From: an uncultured Acidobacteriota bacterium
GTDB taxonomy: Bacteria > Acidobacteriota > Terriglobia > UBA7540
Direction of reading: 5' to 3'
DNA: 64,000 nt
Assembly: GCA_963804995.1 (NCBI GenBank)
Contig: CAWDSK010000005.1
Coordinates: 352,001-416,000, forward strand
Shown: piece by piece, positions 47,578 through 59,474 of the stretch
How the letters are laid out: each line of letters starts with the position of its first letter
Numbering within the stretch: the first letter of the stretch is position 1
Notes under the pieces: model-generated
The model's input: only the letters and a program-made list of their open reading frames with translations
What the model was told of the DNA's origin: nothing
Databases searched by the model: none
Position numbers and translations under genes: made by a program

Positions 47578-48597
47578 GTGCCCCCAAGTCCGCTGCGTTT
47601 CGGGCCACTAGAAGCCCGGTGGAGAGTTGAGGACTTTCTCCCCGGTGGGAGGCTGGCTGTGCCACGATCGATTTGGACCAACATTGCGCTTTCTGCGGCC
47701 GTCGTCGGAGTCATCATCTGGCAAGTTCCCGTGGTGGGATTGCGAGTGGCGTTTCGCAGCATGGAGGTCGGCAGCCTGTCGCTGGCGATCTTCTACTTTC
47801 TCATCCTGCTTTTCGTGCGCGCCTACAAATGGCATCGCCTGGTGGAGGCCGTGGGCAAGGTCCACGTCCGCCAGTCGCTGCGCGCTCTCTTTGGAGGCTT
47901 CGCGTTGGGCCTCGTCACGCCCGGCCGGGTGGGAGAGCTGGGGCGCTGCGTTTTCGTGCGAGAAGAGGATCGCGCCCAGGTTGCGCTCCTGACGCTGGTC
48001 GGGGTGAGTTTGTTCTACCTGGCGCCCCATCCCGCGGCCGTATTCGGGTTGGCGGTATGGCTGGCTTTTCTCCCCGTGGTGGCGGGCTTTCCACGTCTGT
48101 TGGCGCACGTCTCCGGGCTGATGAGGAGATTCCCGTACTTTCGCGGACATCTTCCGGAAGCTGGCGCCCGCCTTCCGCAAATTCAATCTCTGCGTTTCGC
48201 CGCACTGGCCGTGTGCGCCACGGGGGCGGAACTGGCCTCTTTCTTCTTCCTCCTGCGGGCCTTCTTCCCAGCCGGATTTTCCACCGCCGTCTCAACCTAC
48301 CCTTACATTGTTCTGGCCGGAGACATGCCCGTGTCGTTCAGCGGCATGGGTGTCCGCGAGGGTGCCGCCGCGCTTTTGCTTTCCCCTTACGCGGTGCCCG
48401 CCGGGGCCGCCATCGATACCACTCTGCTCTGGTTTGTCTTCGCGATTCTTCTGCCCGCCGCGCTCGGCACGGCCTGGCTGATTACGGAATGGGCCAAGTC
48501 CCGCATCCGGCGCACCGACGTATTGGTCCGCGTGCGTGAGTCCACAAGGAATTTCGGGGAGTCGCCTGCCCCGGACAGCCTCCGCTCCGAATCCTGA
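47578..48597 (+). CDS. Lysylphosphatidylglycerol synthase TM / flippase-like membrane protein
   Basis: Multiple TM helices; RAYKWH, TPGRVGELGR, PVSFSGMGVREG. Start uncertain. Confidence 0.8.
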   Translation: MPPSPLRFGPLEARWRVEDFLPGGRLAVPRSIWTNIALSAAVVGVIIWQVPVVGLRVAFRSMEVGSLSLAIFYFLILLFVRAYKWHRLVEAVGKVHVRQSLRALFGGFALGLVTPGRVGELGRCVFVREEDRAQVALLTLVGVSLFYLAPHPAAVFGLAVWLAFLPVVAGFPRLLAHVSGLMRRFPYFRGHLPEAGARLPQIQSLRFAALAVCATGAELASFFFLLRAFFPAGFSTAVSTYPYIVLAGDMPVSFSGMGVREGAAALLLSPYAVPAGAAIDTTLLWFVFAILLPAALGTAWLITEWAKSRIRRTDVLVRVRESTRNFGESPAPDSLRSES

Positions 48598-48938
48598 AAC
48601 TGCTTGGCCCTCTCCAAGAGAGTTTGTGTGACAACACAGGCCCAAATTTCGTAGTGCCCGTATTCCCGGCAACCATTCATGATATCCTTTCCAGCCTGCT
48701 GTTGGCTGCAAGAGGATTCTGTTGATGGAAGGAATCGGGATTTCTTCCGAACCATTCCTTACTCATTGACTTATCCCACTGCCCGCGAGATAAAGGGCGC
48801 CAATCCTAGGGGGCACTCTTTCTCGTTTTCGAGTGAGCGGACCCCTCGGAGGATACCAAGCGGCAGCCCCACGCAAGACTGTTGAGACTGCCGGCACGTG
48901 ATCAACGGTGTAAAATCCTGAATCTGAATTCTGGTCTA

Positions 48939-51900
48939 ATGTCCAATCGGAACAAGTTTTTCAATTTGTTCGCACTCATCATCGGAATAGCGATGGTGCG
49001 GGTGGCGCTGGCGGGGAATCAAACGCTGGCAACCTGGACGGGAACCTTGACTGAAGCGAATGGCACCCCTGTCGCCCAGGCAGAGGTCAAGTTGCGTGAG
49101 GTCCACTCCGATAGCAGTCGGCAGTCGGTTTCCGACGCGCGCGGCGTATTCGTCTTCACTGATCTTCCTGCGGGTGAATACTCCGTGTCGGTTCGTTGGA
49201 AGGGCCGAACCCTGACGGCCGCGGAGCCCTTGAAAATCAGTCAGGGCCAGATCCTCAACATCCGGCTCCAATTCGGAGCACGGGGTGTCGAGATCGTCGC
49301 CCCCCGGGCTGCCGGGGAGACGGCGAAGCAAGCTACGGGTGGAGAGGTGCTTTCCAGCCAGGAGGTCGCCGGTCTTCCGCTCAACAAACGCGACTTCAGT
49401 CAACTGCTTCTACTTGCCGCCGGTACCATGACCGACACTAATGGCGCCGCCAATTTCACCCAACAATTTGCCGTAAATGGCCAGCGCGGTACGACCGGGG
49501 TTTTTGCCACGGACGGCATCGATACCACGGACCCGGAGATGGGCGGAGCTACCTTCTCAAACTTCAATGTGGACGCGATTCAGGAAATCAAGTCGAGTTC
49601 CGGTGTTATGCCGGCGGAGATTGGCCACGGCGCCGCTGGCTTCACCAATGTGATTACCAAATCCGGCGGCGACCAGGTGCATGGATCGGTATTTGAATTC
49701 GTGCGCAATGCCGCCTTCGATGCCCGGAACTTCTTTGACCGCCGGAATATCGCGAATCCGGGGCGGATACCACCCTTCGCGCGCAATGAATTTGGATTTA
49801 CGAATGGCGGGCCCCTGATTCTTCCCGGGATTTATGACGGCCGGCGCCGGACGTACTACTTCGGTCAATACCAGGGCTTCCGCCAGGTTTTGGGAACCAC
49901 GCAAGTCCTATCGGTACCGACGGTCGCGGAGCGCCAGGGCCTGGACAAGACAGCTTTTGCGGGTGATACCTTAAGGGTTCCGGTGAATCCCCAGATTGCC
50001 TCCGTCTTAGCGGCTTACCCCTTGCCGAACGATCCGGTGGGAGCTTACGGCGCCCGCACCTACGCCACTTCCGCCAAGGTCGCAACCGATACCGATCAAT
50101 TTTCGCTGCGCATCGATCATCGGATATCCGACCACGCCACGTTCTTCGCCCGTTTCAACTTCAGCAACGTTACGGGGCCGCTCACGAACCCCAACCAGAC
50201 GGCCATTGATCCCAGTTTCGCCATTCGCTTTGTGGACCACCAGCGGAATGCCGGAATGACCTACACCCGCACCTCATCTCCGAACTTCAACTGGGAGTTT
50301 TCTTTGGGATTCATTCGGGCCACTCCGTTCTTCCCCTCGATCAACCACGCCCAGCCGGCCCTCGCGTTCGGCGACGGCCTTTATGAACCCTTCAACTCCG
50401 CGGACGGCTCGGTAATCGGCGCTTTCGGGAATCTCTTCCAGGAAAGGCAGAACTTCACTTATCTGCACGGACCCCACACCTTTAAGTGGGGCTGGGAATT
50501 TCGCCAGAATCGCGATGCCACGGTCTTCGGCACGAATCCCAACGGCCTCTACACCTTTGGCGGCGGCCCAGCTTACGCTCCCGTGGCGATTCCCTCCGCC
50601 AGCGGCCAGCACGACATCCAGGTTGGAGATTTGCTTCCCGATGCTCTGACGGGCTTACTCACGGCCACGCCCTTCGCTTATATGATCTCGGTGGCCTCGC
50701 CCGAAGCGGCGACGGGGGATCGGTTCAACGAGGCCGCACTCCACCGCCAGGCCTATAACTTCTATTTTCAGGACACGTGGAAGGTCTCTCCCCGTCTCCA
50801 GGTGGATTATGGTTTGCGGTATGAATACAGCTCACGATTTAACGAGCCCAAGGGTCGGACTTCGGGGCCGGTCTTCCTAGGGCCAGATGGAACCCGGGCC
50901 CGTTACTGGGACCCGGGCGCCTATCAGCAGTTCCTGGTCAGACCGGAACCCTCCTACCGTGACGATTGGCGCGGGTGGGGGCCGCGGCTATCCGTCCAGA
51001 TGCGGCAAAGTGAGCACACCGTCTGGCATGCGGGAGCCGCCATCACCACGCGCCTGCCCAACCTTTTTCAGGAGGATTTCGAAACCGGTGGCGCTCCCTT
51101 CATGATTCAGCCTACTCTTACCGCCAAGCCGGGAGTTTCCGTTCCCTTTCAAAACGCGGTGACCCATTTCAATCTACCGATACCCTACACCCCCTCGGGA
51201 CAACCGGTATTTCCGACCAGCCGCACCACGGACGTTCCGCCCAACACGGTGATGGACCTCCAGCGTTATGATACCGACTTGGCAGCCGCGACGCCCGGTC
51301 ACGAGATACAGCCTCTCTCCATCTTCGGAATGATGGGGGACTTTGCCGATGGTTACATTGAAAGCTACACGGCCGGAGTGGACCAGGATTGGGGTGACGT
51401 CAAGTTCAGTGCTGCTTATGTGGCCACCATGGGTGTGCGGTTGCCCAGCATTGCTTATCCGAACGCTTATACGGGCGCAGACGCGGGGTTCGCACGGTTT
51501 ACGAGCTTCGACCCCGCGGGGAACATCATGGGAGGATTTGGCCCCGAGGCCTTAATGAGCAGCCGGTCGCACTCCACGTATCACGGCCTGCAGGTGGGCG
51601 TGGAGAAGACCTCCGCCCGGCTCGGTTTGGGATTTCAGGCGAGCTACACCCTCAGTAAGTCCCTCGACGACACCAGCGCTACCTTGGGAGGTTTCCTCGG
51701 CTCCTCGGGGACGTTGTTGCAAGCGAGTCCCCAAAACCCCTGGAACCCTGGGGCGGAGAAAGGTCCCTCGACGTTCGACACCACCCACGTTTTTACCCTC
51801 AGCTTGATCCAGACACTGCCCTTTAATCGTATCGCCGCGTTCCGCCCACTGGGCCCCAAGCTGATCAATGGGTGGCAATTCTTAAACATCACGACGCTCA

Positions 51901-52370
51901 CCAGCGGCGCGCCCTTTACCGTCTTCTCGGGAATTCAACAGACCGGTGTGGGTTCCACCGGGGCCGACCGCCCGGATCAGATTGCCAAGCCGGATTTCTC
52001 GACGAGCCGGAAAATCCGCGAGGACTACTTCGGCCGCGGTGCGGAAAACCCCTCGTTCTTTTCCATCCCCATCAATCTGCCCGATGGTTCAGGCCCCAAC
52101 CTGGGGAGGTTTGGCACCTTGGGCCGCGACACTTTCCGCGGGCCGGGCTTTCGTGATTTGGATATGTCCTTGATCAAAGATACCCAGCTTGGAAAGAGAG
52201 GGAATTCCGAAGCGGCGACACTGGAGTTCCGGGCGGAGTTTTTCAATATCTTCAACGTGGTCAATTTCGGCCTGCCTTCGAATGTCGTCCTGGGATCTGG
52301 GTTCGGGCTCATCAACCGGACCGCCGGCCCCTCGCGGCAAATCCAGTTTTCGCTGAAGCTGATTTACTGA
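48939..52370 (+). CDS. TonB-dependent receptor (Oar type) with carboxypeptidase-regulatory-like N-domain
   Basis: LPLNKRDFSQL, VNGQRG, DAIQE, AFDARNFF, YFQDTWKVSPRLQVDYGLRYE, FRAEFFNIFN..NFGLP, RQIQFSLKLIY. Confidence 0.95.
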   Translation: MSNRNKFFNLFALIIGIAMVRVALAGNQTLATWTGTLTEANGTPVAQAEVKLREVHSDSSRQSVSDARGVFVFTDLPAGEYSVSVRWKGRTLTAAEPLKISQGQILNIRLQFGARGVEIVAPRAAGETAKQATGGEVLSSQEVAGLPLNKRDFSQLLLLAAGTMTDTNGAANFTQQFAVNGQRGTTGVFATDGIDTTDPEMGGATFSNFNVDAIQEIKSSSGVMPAEIGHGAAGFTNVITKSGGDQVHGSVFEFVRNAAFDARNFFDRRNIANPGRIPPFARNEFGFTNGGPLILPGIYDGRRRTYYFGQYQGFRQVLGTTQVLSVPTVAERQGLDKTAFAGDTLRVPVNPQIASVLAAYPLPNDPVGAYGARTYATSAKVATDTDQFSLRIDHRISDHATFFARFNFSNVTGPLTNPNQTAIDPSFAIRFVDHQRNAGMTYTRTSSPNFNWEFSLGFIRATPFFPSINHAQPALAFGDGLYEPFNSADGSVIGAFGNLFQERQNFTYLHGPHTFKWGWEFRQNRDATVFGTNPNGLYTFGGGPAYAPVAIPSASGQHDIQVGDLLPDALTGLLTATPFAYMISVASPEAATGDRFNEAALHRQAYNFYFQDTWKVSPRLQVDYGLRYEYSSRFNEPKGRTSGPVFLGPDGTRARYWDPGAYQQFLVRPEPSYRDDWRGWGPRLSVQMRQSEHTVWHAGAAITTRLPNLFQEDFETGGAPFMIQPTLTAKPGVSVPFQNAVTHFNLPIPYTPSGQPVFPTSRTTDVPPNTVMDLQRYDTDLAAATPGHEIQPLSIFGMMGDFADGYIESYTAGVDQDWGDVKFSAAYVATMGVRLPSIAYPNAYTGADAGFARFTSFDPAGNIMGGFGPEALMSSRSHSTYHGLQVGVEKTSARLGLGFQASYTLSKSLDDTSATLGGFLGSSGTLLQASPQNPWNPGAEKGPSTFDTTHVFTLSLIQTLPFNRIAAFRPLGPKLINGWQFLNITTLTSGAPFTVFSGIQQTGVGSTGADRPDQIAKPDFSTSRKIREDYFGRGAENPSFFSIPINLPDGSGPNLGRFGTLGRDTFRGPGFRDLDMSLIKDTQLGKRGNSEAATLEFRAEFFNIFNVVNFGLPSNVVLGSGFGLINRTAGPSRQIQFSLKLIY

Positions 52371-52380
52371 GTTCATGTCT

Positions 52381-52421
52381 CGTAGGGGCACCTATGAGGG
52401 CCCACGAGGGGTGCCCCTACG
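52381..52421. repeat. Short GTAG-REP hairpin between convergent genes
   Basis: CGTAGGGGCACC...GGTGCCCCTACG perfect 12-bp stem. Confidence 0.7.
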
Positions 52422-52563
52422 ACGTGCAAATTGTTTGTTAAAAAAACCAAGAATTTACGGTATTGCATTGCAGAGTTCGAACGGTACAGAGTCTGAGTTA
52501 CCTGCTGCTGGAAAAAGAAGGCACACCGTTGCCGCTGGTCAGGCCCCTGAATTGATACCAACC

Positions 52564-53787
52564 TCATCGCCTGCGAACATCGACAAATGTGCCGTAGATG
52601 ACATTCTTAGATGACTTATCGGAGGAGGGGATGCGATCCCATCCATAGGGCACGCTGTCGTACACCACCAGGAGTTTGCCCGCCTCTACCTCAATCAGGT
52701 CCGTGTAGCATGTGCTCCTACCGCTGAAGATGGGCGTGAGGTTGGTCCACTTCTTTCCTTCGTCGGCGCTAAACATGATGGTTACCGGGCCGGGCCGGCC
52801 GAACGTGCAAGCCAACAGCCCGCCGCTCAGTAACCTGAGGTGGGGTGCTACACCTTTAAAGCCGGTCGCTATGGGCTTGGTCCAGGTCTTGCCGTCGTCT
52901 GAAGACCATGTCTCACCCATATAGCCGCCACTGTCCGTTCGAAAGATACAGAACAAATGGCTTTCGCTGAGCCGGACCAGAGCTGCTTCATTCGGTCCCT
53001 CTTTGCCCATCCAAGGCGAGGGTGCCTCATGGGGCTCAACTGCGGCAACCGTTCCATATTCCTCCCAACTCCGGCCGTGGTCAGTGGAACGAATCAAGAC
53101 CAGCCGGCGCTGCCGTGGATCGCGTTCGGTTAGGCAGTAGAGCGTGGTTAGCCATTCGCCACCCGGACCGTCCACAATTGCTCCTATGGGTTGGGCCTCA
53201 GGAACCACGCTGAGCCCTGAGGCATCTCTTGCCTTGGTGGCATACAGTTCTACCGGTACGGAGTGTATAGGCTCCGAGAGGTGAATTCTCGCATCCCTGA
53301 TTTGATGAACTTCCAATCCACCCCGCGAGAGCTTCGTCAAAGTGGCGTGAAAATTCGTTGTCTGGCCGGGAGGATAAGGCTCGAGTGAGTCGTACCCAGC
53401 GCCTAGCACCCAGATTGCCCCGTCTTCGCCAGGTACTTGAGTGTACGTGGCATCGATGTTGCCGCCTGCTCCCAGGGTATACCGTCGGCTCCACGTTTGC
53501 CCTCCATCCCTGGAAAGGCAATAAGCGGAAAGCTCCCCTTCCGGGCTCGTCTCATCCGGGCTCAGGCGCATGGTGGTAAGTATTTCGCCCGTGGGAAACC
53601 GATGCACTGTGGGGTACCAGCAGTAGTTATACGAAGCTGTGATTTCCACCGTTTTACCCACCTGAACGATGAGTTCATCCGGTTGGTCCGCCGCTCCGGA
53701 GCACAAAACGGGACCGAGTGTTTCCAGCCCCGCCAGTAGCCCGGCTGAGGCAACAACTAAAGGGATTGCCATCCATTGAATACGCAT
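52564..53787 (-). CDS. BNR/Asp-box (sialidase-family) beta-propeller protein
   Basis: Asp boxes SRDGGQTWS, STDHGRSWE, SSDDGKTWT, SADEGKKWT; signal peptide from ATG 53787. Confidence 0.85.
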   Translation of the reverse strand: MRIQWMAIPLVVASAGLLAGLETLGPVLCSGAADQPDELIVQVGKTVEITASYNYCWYPTVHRFPTGEILTTMRLSPDETSPEGELSAYCLSRDGGQTWSRRYTLGAGGNIDATYTQVPGEDGAIWVLGAGYDSLEPYPPGQTTNFHATLTKLSRGGLEVHQIRDARIHLSEPIHSVPVELYATKARDASGLSVVPEAQPIGAIVDGPGGEWLTTLYCLTERDPRQRRLVLIRSTDHGRSWEEYGTVAAVEPHEAPSPWMGKEGPNEAALVRLSESHLFCIFRTDSGGYMGETWSSDDGKTWTKPIATGFKGVAPHLRLLSGGLLACTFGRPGPVTIMFSADEGKKWTNLTPIFSGRSTCYTDLIEVEAGKLLVVYDSVPYGWDRIPSSDKSSKNVIYGTFVDVRRR

Positions 53788-54114
53788 CCGCGCACCTCGC
53801 TTGAAACTTTTCAGGCCAAATCCTGAAGCTTGTTCGCGCCTGCCCGCCACCAGCAACCTAGAACGAATCGAGCCAGCCGGAGACATCCCACCGACGTTGG
53901 CATTGAGCTCGAACGAAAGTTGGCTGCGACAACGCGTTTCGCGGCCGTATCCGCGAAAAGCAATCCTGTTTCACCCCCCTAACCCGGGCCCGCCGCCAAG
54001 CGGATTGTTTCCGAGTACGCGACGATCCCATCCCCATGGTCTTGCAGCCGGCGAAGGGGCTCGGAACGTGAGGTGGGGCGGTCCTCGTGCCATCTCCCAG
54101 CTTCGCTCGGGCTG

Positions 54115-57110
54115 TCAATTCCCTATGTACTTGATCCACATGGGAGAAGCCCAAACCAGCTCCCCGTTGTCCTGCTCGCCACGAACATAGTAATAACAAG
54201 TCTTGTCCTTGGCGGGCTGATCATCGCGCCAGGAAAATTCCACTTCCAGCGAATTGGGTGAGGTTGCGAAGACTACCTTGCCGTCGCGTATGATGGTGAC
54301 CTTGGCGAACTTGGAAGTGCCGCGCAACTTGATCTTCAGCGTCGGTGGGTCGGGGGTGGAGAATTCGTCGCCCATCATGTGTGTTCCGCTTTCCACGTCA
54401 GCAAGAATGTCATCCGTGGAGGCGTAAACGTGGCGCGCTTTCAGAGCATCCAAGACCGACTCTCTGGTTACATCCTTGACGTAAACATTCGCGTAGCTCA
54501 TATGGGTCGAGACATGATCCGAGCTTGCCTCAAACCCAAATCGATAGCCTTTATCCAAAGCCAGATTGATAAAACCTTGGGGCCGCCACCCTCCAATGGA
54601 GTCGTGCTCACGGGCGGCGCGGGGCGCATCAGGCATTTCATAATTCTGCCGATCGCCCTGAAAAATCTCCACCACCGGCTCGATTTTCGGATCGTCGTCC
54701 CGCCAATCTGTGCCCATCCCCGTGGCCGTGGTGTGCGAGGCCACGATGCCTCCGAACTCCTTCACGTAAGCGTAGAGCACTTGCGTATCGGTGACGGGGG
54801 AGGGCTGGCTTCCGGCCGGTGCGCCGGTGACATTGGAAGGCATGTAGCGAGGAAGCGGGCGGAATCCCTCGCTGCCCAAAGAGAACATTCCGATGGCCTA
54901 GCGGGTACGGGACGCTGCGCTCATAGGAGAACAGCGAGGCGAAGTTGCCCGGGGAATAAAAAACGTCGTTAAGCTTTTGAGTAATCCACCAGGAGTATTC
55001 TCTTCCGCCGCCATTATCATGATCGCAACAGCCGAACCAATCCAACGCGGCGGCATCCAGGACGTAGCGCCACTGATCGAGGAGTGTGCCGTCGTCGCGC
55101 CCGTCCATCGAGATATCGCTATGGCGATGAAACTCGCCGCGCACAATGCGCAGGCCGCCGCCCGCCCCGCCGCGGTAACCGTGGATGGCCTGGATCGATG
55201 CGACGTTCTGCGACGTCAATCGTGGGCGGTTCCGGCTTGCTGCCGAAATCCGCCGGCACCGCCGCCATCGCTTTCGCCGCCGGACCCAAGTCAATCTCGT
55301 CACACCACAGATCATTCTCGTAGGGGTCAGGGGATGGATTCTGCTCATAACCAGACGGGTTGGGATTCCCCTCGGTGCGTTTGAGATTCCTCCGGCCATC
55401 GGACGAATTCACCATCAGCAATTTGCCGTTCGCAATCGCCACGAGGGCGGGACGGTTGTCCAGAAGGTTATCGCTGTGGTTGAGAAAGATCGGGCGGGTC
55501 CATTCCTTGCCGTCGAAAGAAACCAGGTACTCAGTCCACACCGTTCCAATCGGATTCCACGTGGTGGGGTGGGGGGAGCGGGACGCCAGCCATAGGCGGC
55601 CCGTGCCATCCACTGCCAGGCGCGGCAACGTGTTTTTCGCCGTGGCGGAAGAGTTCATGGCGCCATCACTGTCAGCCCGGTGCCAGGCCTTGCCCACATC
55701 GGGGTCCAGGGCCTCCGATTCGTTTTGCTGGCTGAAATGGTCAGGACGAAAACTCGGCGCACCCAGCAATCTCGATTCAAAGGAAACCTCGGGCGCCACC
55801 AGGCGGCCGTCGGGTTCAACCCCCCGCAGCGTAATCCGCCGCCCCTGGTAGAGGGAAATCCCCGTGGTAGCATAGGCGCCGAAATCCTTCCCCCAGCCTC
55901 GGCCGCCCTCCTCGTAAGCAATCCACAGCCGTCCACTCGGGTCGAAGGCAATGGAAGGATAGGCCTCGTAACGGGCAGAAGCGGCAACGGGAATCTCATC
56001 CCCCCAGGAGTCCGAGGACTCCATGCGTGCGAACACGTCGTAGTTGCCATGGCGATAGGAATCCCATGCCACGGCCACGCGGCCCTTCTTGTCCGCAGCG
56101 ATAGCGGGGTTCCATTCATTCTTGCTGGAACTCGAAATCTTCACCGGCGGTGAGAATCCGCTGCCTTCCTGATGGGCGGCATAGATGGCGGCGACGCCGT
56201 CACGCCACCCTTGCCACGCTACCCACACTCTGCCGCTGGCATCGGTGGTCGCCACCGGATCAATATCTGAGTCCGCCTGATTGGAAATCCGGAACTGATC
56301 CTTCGCTCCTGAGGCATCCACCGCGCGCGCGAAAATATCGAAATTGCCACTTTCGTTTTCTGACCAGAAAACCCAGGCGCGCCCGCTGCCGTCGACCGCC
56401 ACGGCGGATTTATAAAGATCACGCCCCGGCGGCGTTACGGCGATCGCTTCGCCCCATTTCCCTGCCGAATGTTCTCGCGCCCAGATCTGGTCGCCCCCGG
56501 TGGGTTCGGCGTATTGTTGGAAGTCGTGTGGCGCCTCGGAAAGGGGGGCACGCAGTTTGTCCGCGTCGGCGCTGTGATGGAACTGCACGTAGGCAAGCCA
56601 AATCTCGCCATGCGGGCCGGCCGCGAGGGAGGGGTAGTCCTCCTCCTCAGGCGTGTTGGTAAGTCGCTCCGCCGCTGGGATCCGGTCCACATAAACGCGG
56701 CCGCCCAAAAGGTAAATCCCCTGGGCATAGGGAACCTCAGAAGCGAGGAAGCTGAACTTACCCTGGGCCGTCTGGAAGACATACTCACTCGTCTCCGTCA
56801 CGCCGCTGGCGGTGATCAGCAGGCCGTTGGCCGCTAGGGTTCTGGACTCGGGTTCGCCAAACCGGCGGGCAAGGCGCGTGGAGAAATGAAATTGACTGCC
56901 CTGCACACTGTGGTCAACATCAAAATCCCAGCCCTCCAAAGTATAAGCGCCGGCATTCTTGACCTTGAGCGACCCGTCCCAGCGCATCGCGGTCGCGTCC
57001 GTAACCCCGCACAAGACCCGAAAAGTCATCGGGCCTTGCGCCTGCAAATACCTGCCCGGAACAAACACCATCAGCAAGAAAAGAGCAAACCTGATTTGCC
57101 CCATCACCAA
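54115..57110 (-). CDS. Large secreted beta-propeller plus PHP/DUF3604-like metal-dependent hydrolase (frameshifts near 55200 and 54870)
   Basis: Propeller repeats (P.IA.D..GRVWVAW), then GEFHRHSDISMDG, CDHD, GHRNV, SHT, VEIFQG, FEASSDH, YASTD, YYYVRGEQDNGELVWASP over three frames. Confidence 0.8.
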
Positions 57111-57282
57111 CTCCTGTTCTCAGCTTTCCTCACGTTGACCTGAGGCCTCGACAGACTGCAGAAACCATCTTCAAATACTGTGATGCTGAACACGGCGGAC
57201 CTTTTTGCGGAGCCTGTCAAGGCAACGGTAATATACAACCGCGCGCCGATGCGGACAACGCTCGGGTTTGTGACGTTGACCT

Positions 57283-57949
57283 ACGCGCCCACCGGACTGA
57301 TTCTGGGACATGAGATTACCGGTGAAGTCATCGAAGCGGGACGTGATGTGGAGTTCATCAAGGTGGGCGATCTGGTTTCGGTGCCCTTCAACATTGCCTG
57401 CGGCCGTTGCCGAAACTGCAAGGAGCGCTCAACGGGCGTGTGCCTGAACGTCAATCCCGCGCGTCCCGGTGCTGCTTACGGTTACGTCGGTATGGGGGGT
57501 TGGGTGGGCGGCCAGGCGGATTACGTCATGGTGCCGTATGCCGATTTTAACCTGCTGGAGTTCCCGGATAAGGCGCGGGCTATGGAGAAGATTCGTGACC
57601 TGACCTGCCTTTCCGATATTTTGCCGACGGGTTATCACGGGGCCGTCAGCGCCGGTGTCACAACGGAGATCCGGGTGGGGTCGATGATAACGCCAAGGTC
57701 GGCAACCTGAGCATCCGCATCGGTCTGGGTTGGGCGAAGTCACATTTCTTCACCACCGGCCAGTGCCCGGTGATGAAGTACAACCGCCAATTGATGATGG
57801 CGATTCTATACGACAAAATAAAGATCGCTAAGGCGACGAACGTTACCGTAATAACACTCAACGAGGCGCCTCAGGGTTACAAAGATTTTGACAAAGGAGC
57901 TGCCAAGAAATTTGTGATCGACCCGCACCGCAGCATCTCTCGCCACTGA
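57283..57949 (+). pseudogene. fdhA: Glutathione-independent formaldehyde dehydrogenase-like (Zn-ADH) remnant
   Basis: GLILGHEITGEV, VPFNIACGRCRNC, GWVGGQADYVMVPYADFNLL and LSDILPTGYHGA jump at about 57665 to GDPGG..IRIGLGWAKS..GQCPVMKYNRQL..FDKGAAKKFVIDPH. The N-terminus and NAD-binding core are missing. Confidence 0.85.
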
Positions 57950-58145
57950 CATGATGCCAACGGAACGGCATAGCCCCCTACGCGGGCGTCATCATTTGGC
58001 TCAGGGCGCCAGGCTGTCGGCAAACCACAGCTGTAACACGGCCACTCCTGGCTGTGTCGTTCAGCTCGAATTCAAGCCACGATCACAGGCAAGAGTACCT
58101 GTGCTACCGTGACCCTGGACTGGGTGTGCGACAAATCTGTGTGGG

Positions 58146-59474
58146 TCAGGCCGCGCGGGGGCGACGGTTCTCCCAGTAATCCTCGAATTTGCCGCTCAAG
58201 CGATGGCAGCGAAGGGCGATGATGGCATTGGCCCCGCGGACCCTCCAGAACATACCGGAGCGCTTCAGCCGAGTGCCGATGAGGGTTTTGCAGCCGGCTT
58301 CGACGACCCCGGAACCTACGAACAGATGCTGACGCCGAAAGGTCGGATAGCGCATCCGTTGGGCGTTGACGGTAAAATAATCTGCCGCGTGGCGCAAGAG
58401 TTCGGCGGCTTCGGGCGTGGCTGGGAACAGCGAGCGCAAATCGCGCACTAGGGATTCGATCCGCCCGCTCTCCAACTTCTCCTCCCGTTTTCTGGTCCAC
58501 CTTCGGCGGTGGCGCTCGTCGGTGGGCCAGAGCTGGCCCGACAGCTCCCATAAGTGCTGTCGGGCATGATAAAGATCCACAATCTGAATGGCTCCCGGAA
58601 AGTGCTCGGCGGTGAGGTTCCAAATCCAAGGAGCACCATCGCCGATCACCACTTTCTTTTGGGCCCGGTTCCAGCCCCGACGATATGCTTCGAGGTAGAT
58701 GCGTCGCCCAAAAACCTCGGCCGTTTCGATGCCTCCCGTGTAGGTGGTGGAGCCTTCTTCGCGCGCCGGTCGGCCCCGGGCATCCCGTGTCGTCTGGGCG
58801 AAGACACAACCTAATTTCACTTCCCGCGGGCGCGCTTGCTCGCTCTGTTTCCCCGCTCGACCCTCGGTTTCCGAACTCACCACCGGTACTCCCGTCCCAT
58901 CCATCTCCACATAGAGTACCGGAATTTCCGGTCCCCTCACCTGCGGCAAGTTCCGTTGCAGGCCTTGCTGGATCGAGGCTTGTTCCTGGGCGGCAATCTC
59001 GGCGCCCAGAGCCTCTGCCTGCCGTTCCACGGCCTTGGTGGTCACCTCCAACCCGGCCAGCAGTTGCAGTTGTTCTCGACCGAGCGCAAAGGAGGTTTCG
59101 CTGCCCACCACCGCCATCATCCGTCGCACCCCAGGAGAATATTCCGTGCCCTCCACATCCAGTTCCTGATCGCGGGGACTCTGTCCCCGGTGACAGGCCG
59201 GACAAACGTAATAGGGACGCTCGGTCTCGACCCGCCCCAGCACGGTCAGCAGTTGCTTCCGACGCCTGCCGCGGTAGGGGGCCCCCCGACCACAGCCGCA
59301 GGGAACTTGGCGAGGGCACTCGTCCGGGGCGGCCAGCAACTCCTCCAGCACCGCCGCCCCCGCCCGGTGCAAGGCCGCGCGTGTGGCCATCTCGACGGCT
59401 TCCAAATCCAGCGTCCCGGACTTGCGCCGCCCAGCAAAGATCACCGCCAGCAGGGACTCTACTTCTCGCGCCAC
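58146..59474 (-). CDS. ISKra4 family DDE transposase
   Basis: Zn-finger CGC..YYVCPAC, YVEMDGTG, REVKLG, VIGDGAPWIW, IVDLYHA, RMRY, VGSGVVEAGCK..IGTRLKRSGMFW. Confidence 0.92.
   Translation of the reverse strand: MAREVESLLAVIFAGRRKSGTLDLEAVEMATRAALHRAGAAVLEELLAAPDECPRQVPCGCGRGAPYRGRRRKQLLTVLGRVETERPYYVCPACHRGQSPRDQELDVEGTEYSPGVRRMMAVVGSETSFALGREQLQLLAGLEVTTKAVERQAEALGAEIAAQEQASIQQGLQRNLPQVRGPEIPVLYVEMDGTGVPVVSSETEGRAGKQSEQARPREVKLGCVFAQTTRDARGRPAREEGSTTYTGGIETAEVFGRRIYLEAYRRGWNRAQKKVVIGDGAPWIWNLTAEHFPGAIQIVDLYHARQHLWELSGQLWPTDERHRRRWTRKREEKLESGRIESLVRDLRSLFPATPEAAELLRHAADYFTVNAQRMRYPTFRRQHLFVGSGVVEAGCKTLIGTRLKRSGMFWRVRGANAIIALRCHRLSGKFEDYWENRRPRAA

Noticed and set aside
8563..57110. Programmed frameshifts or true pseudogenes in the flavoprotein, Phd, ADOP2, GH10 and DUF3604-like genes
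   Set aside because: Scattered single-base shifts in otherwise intact unrelated genes fit long-read consensus errors better. This cannot be settled without the reads.
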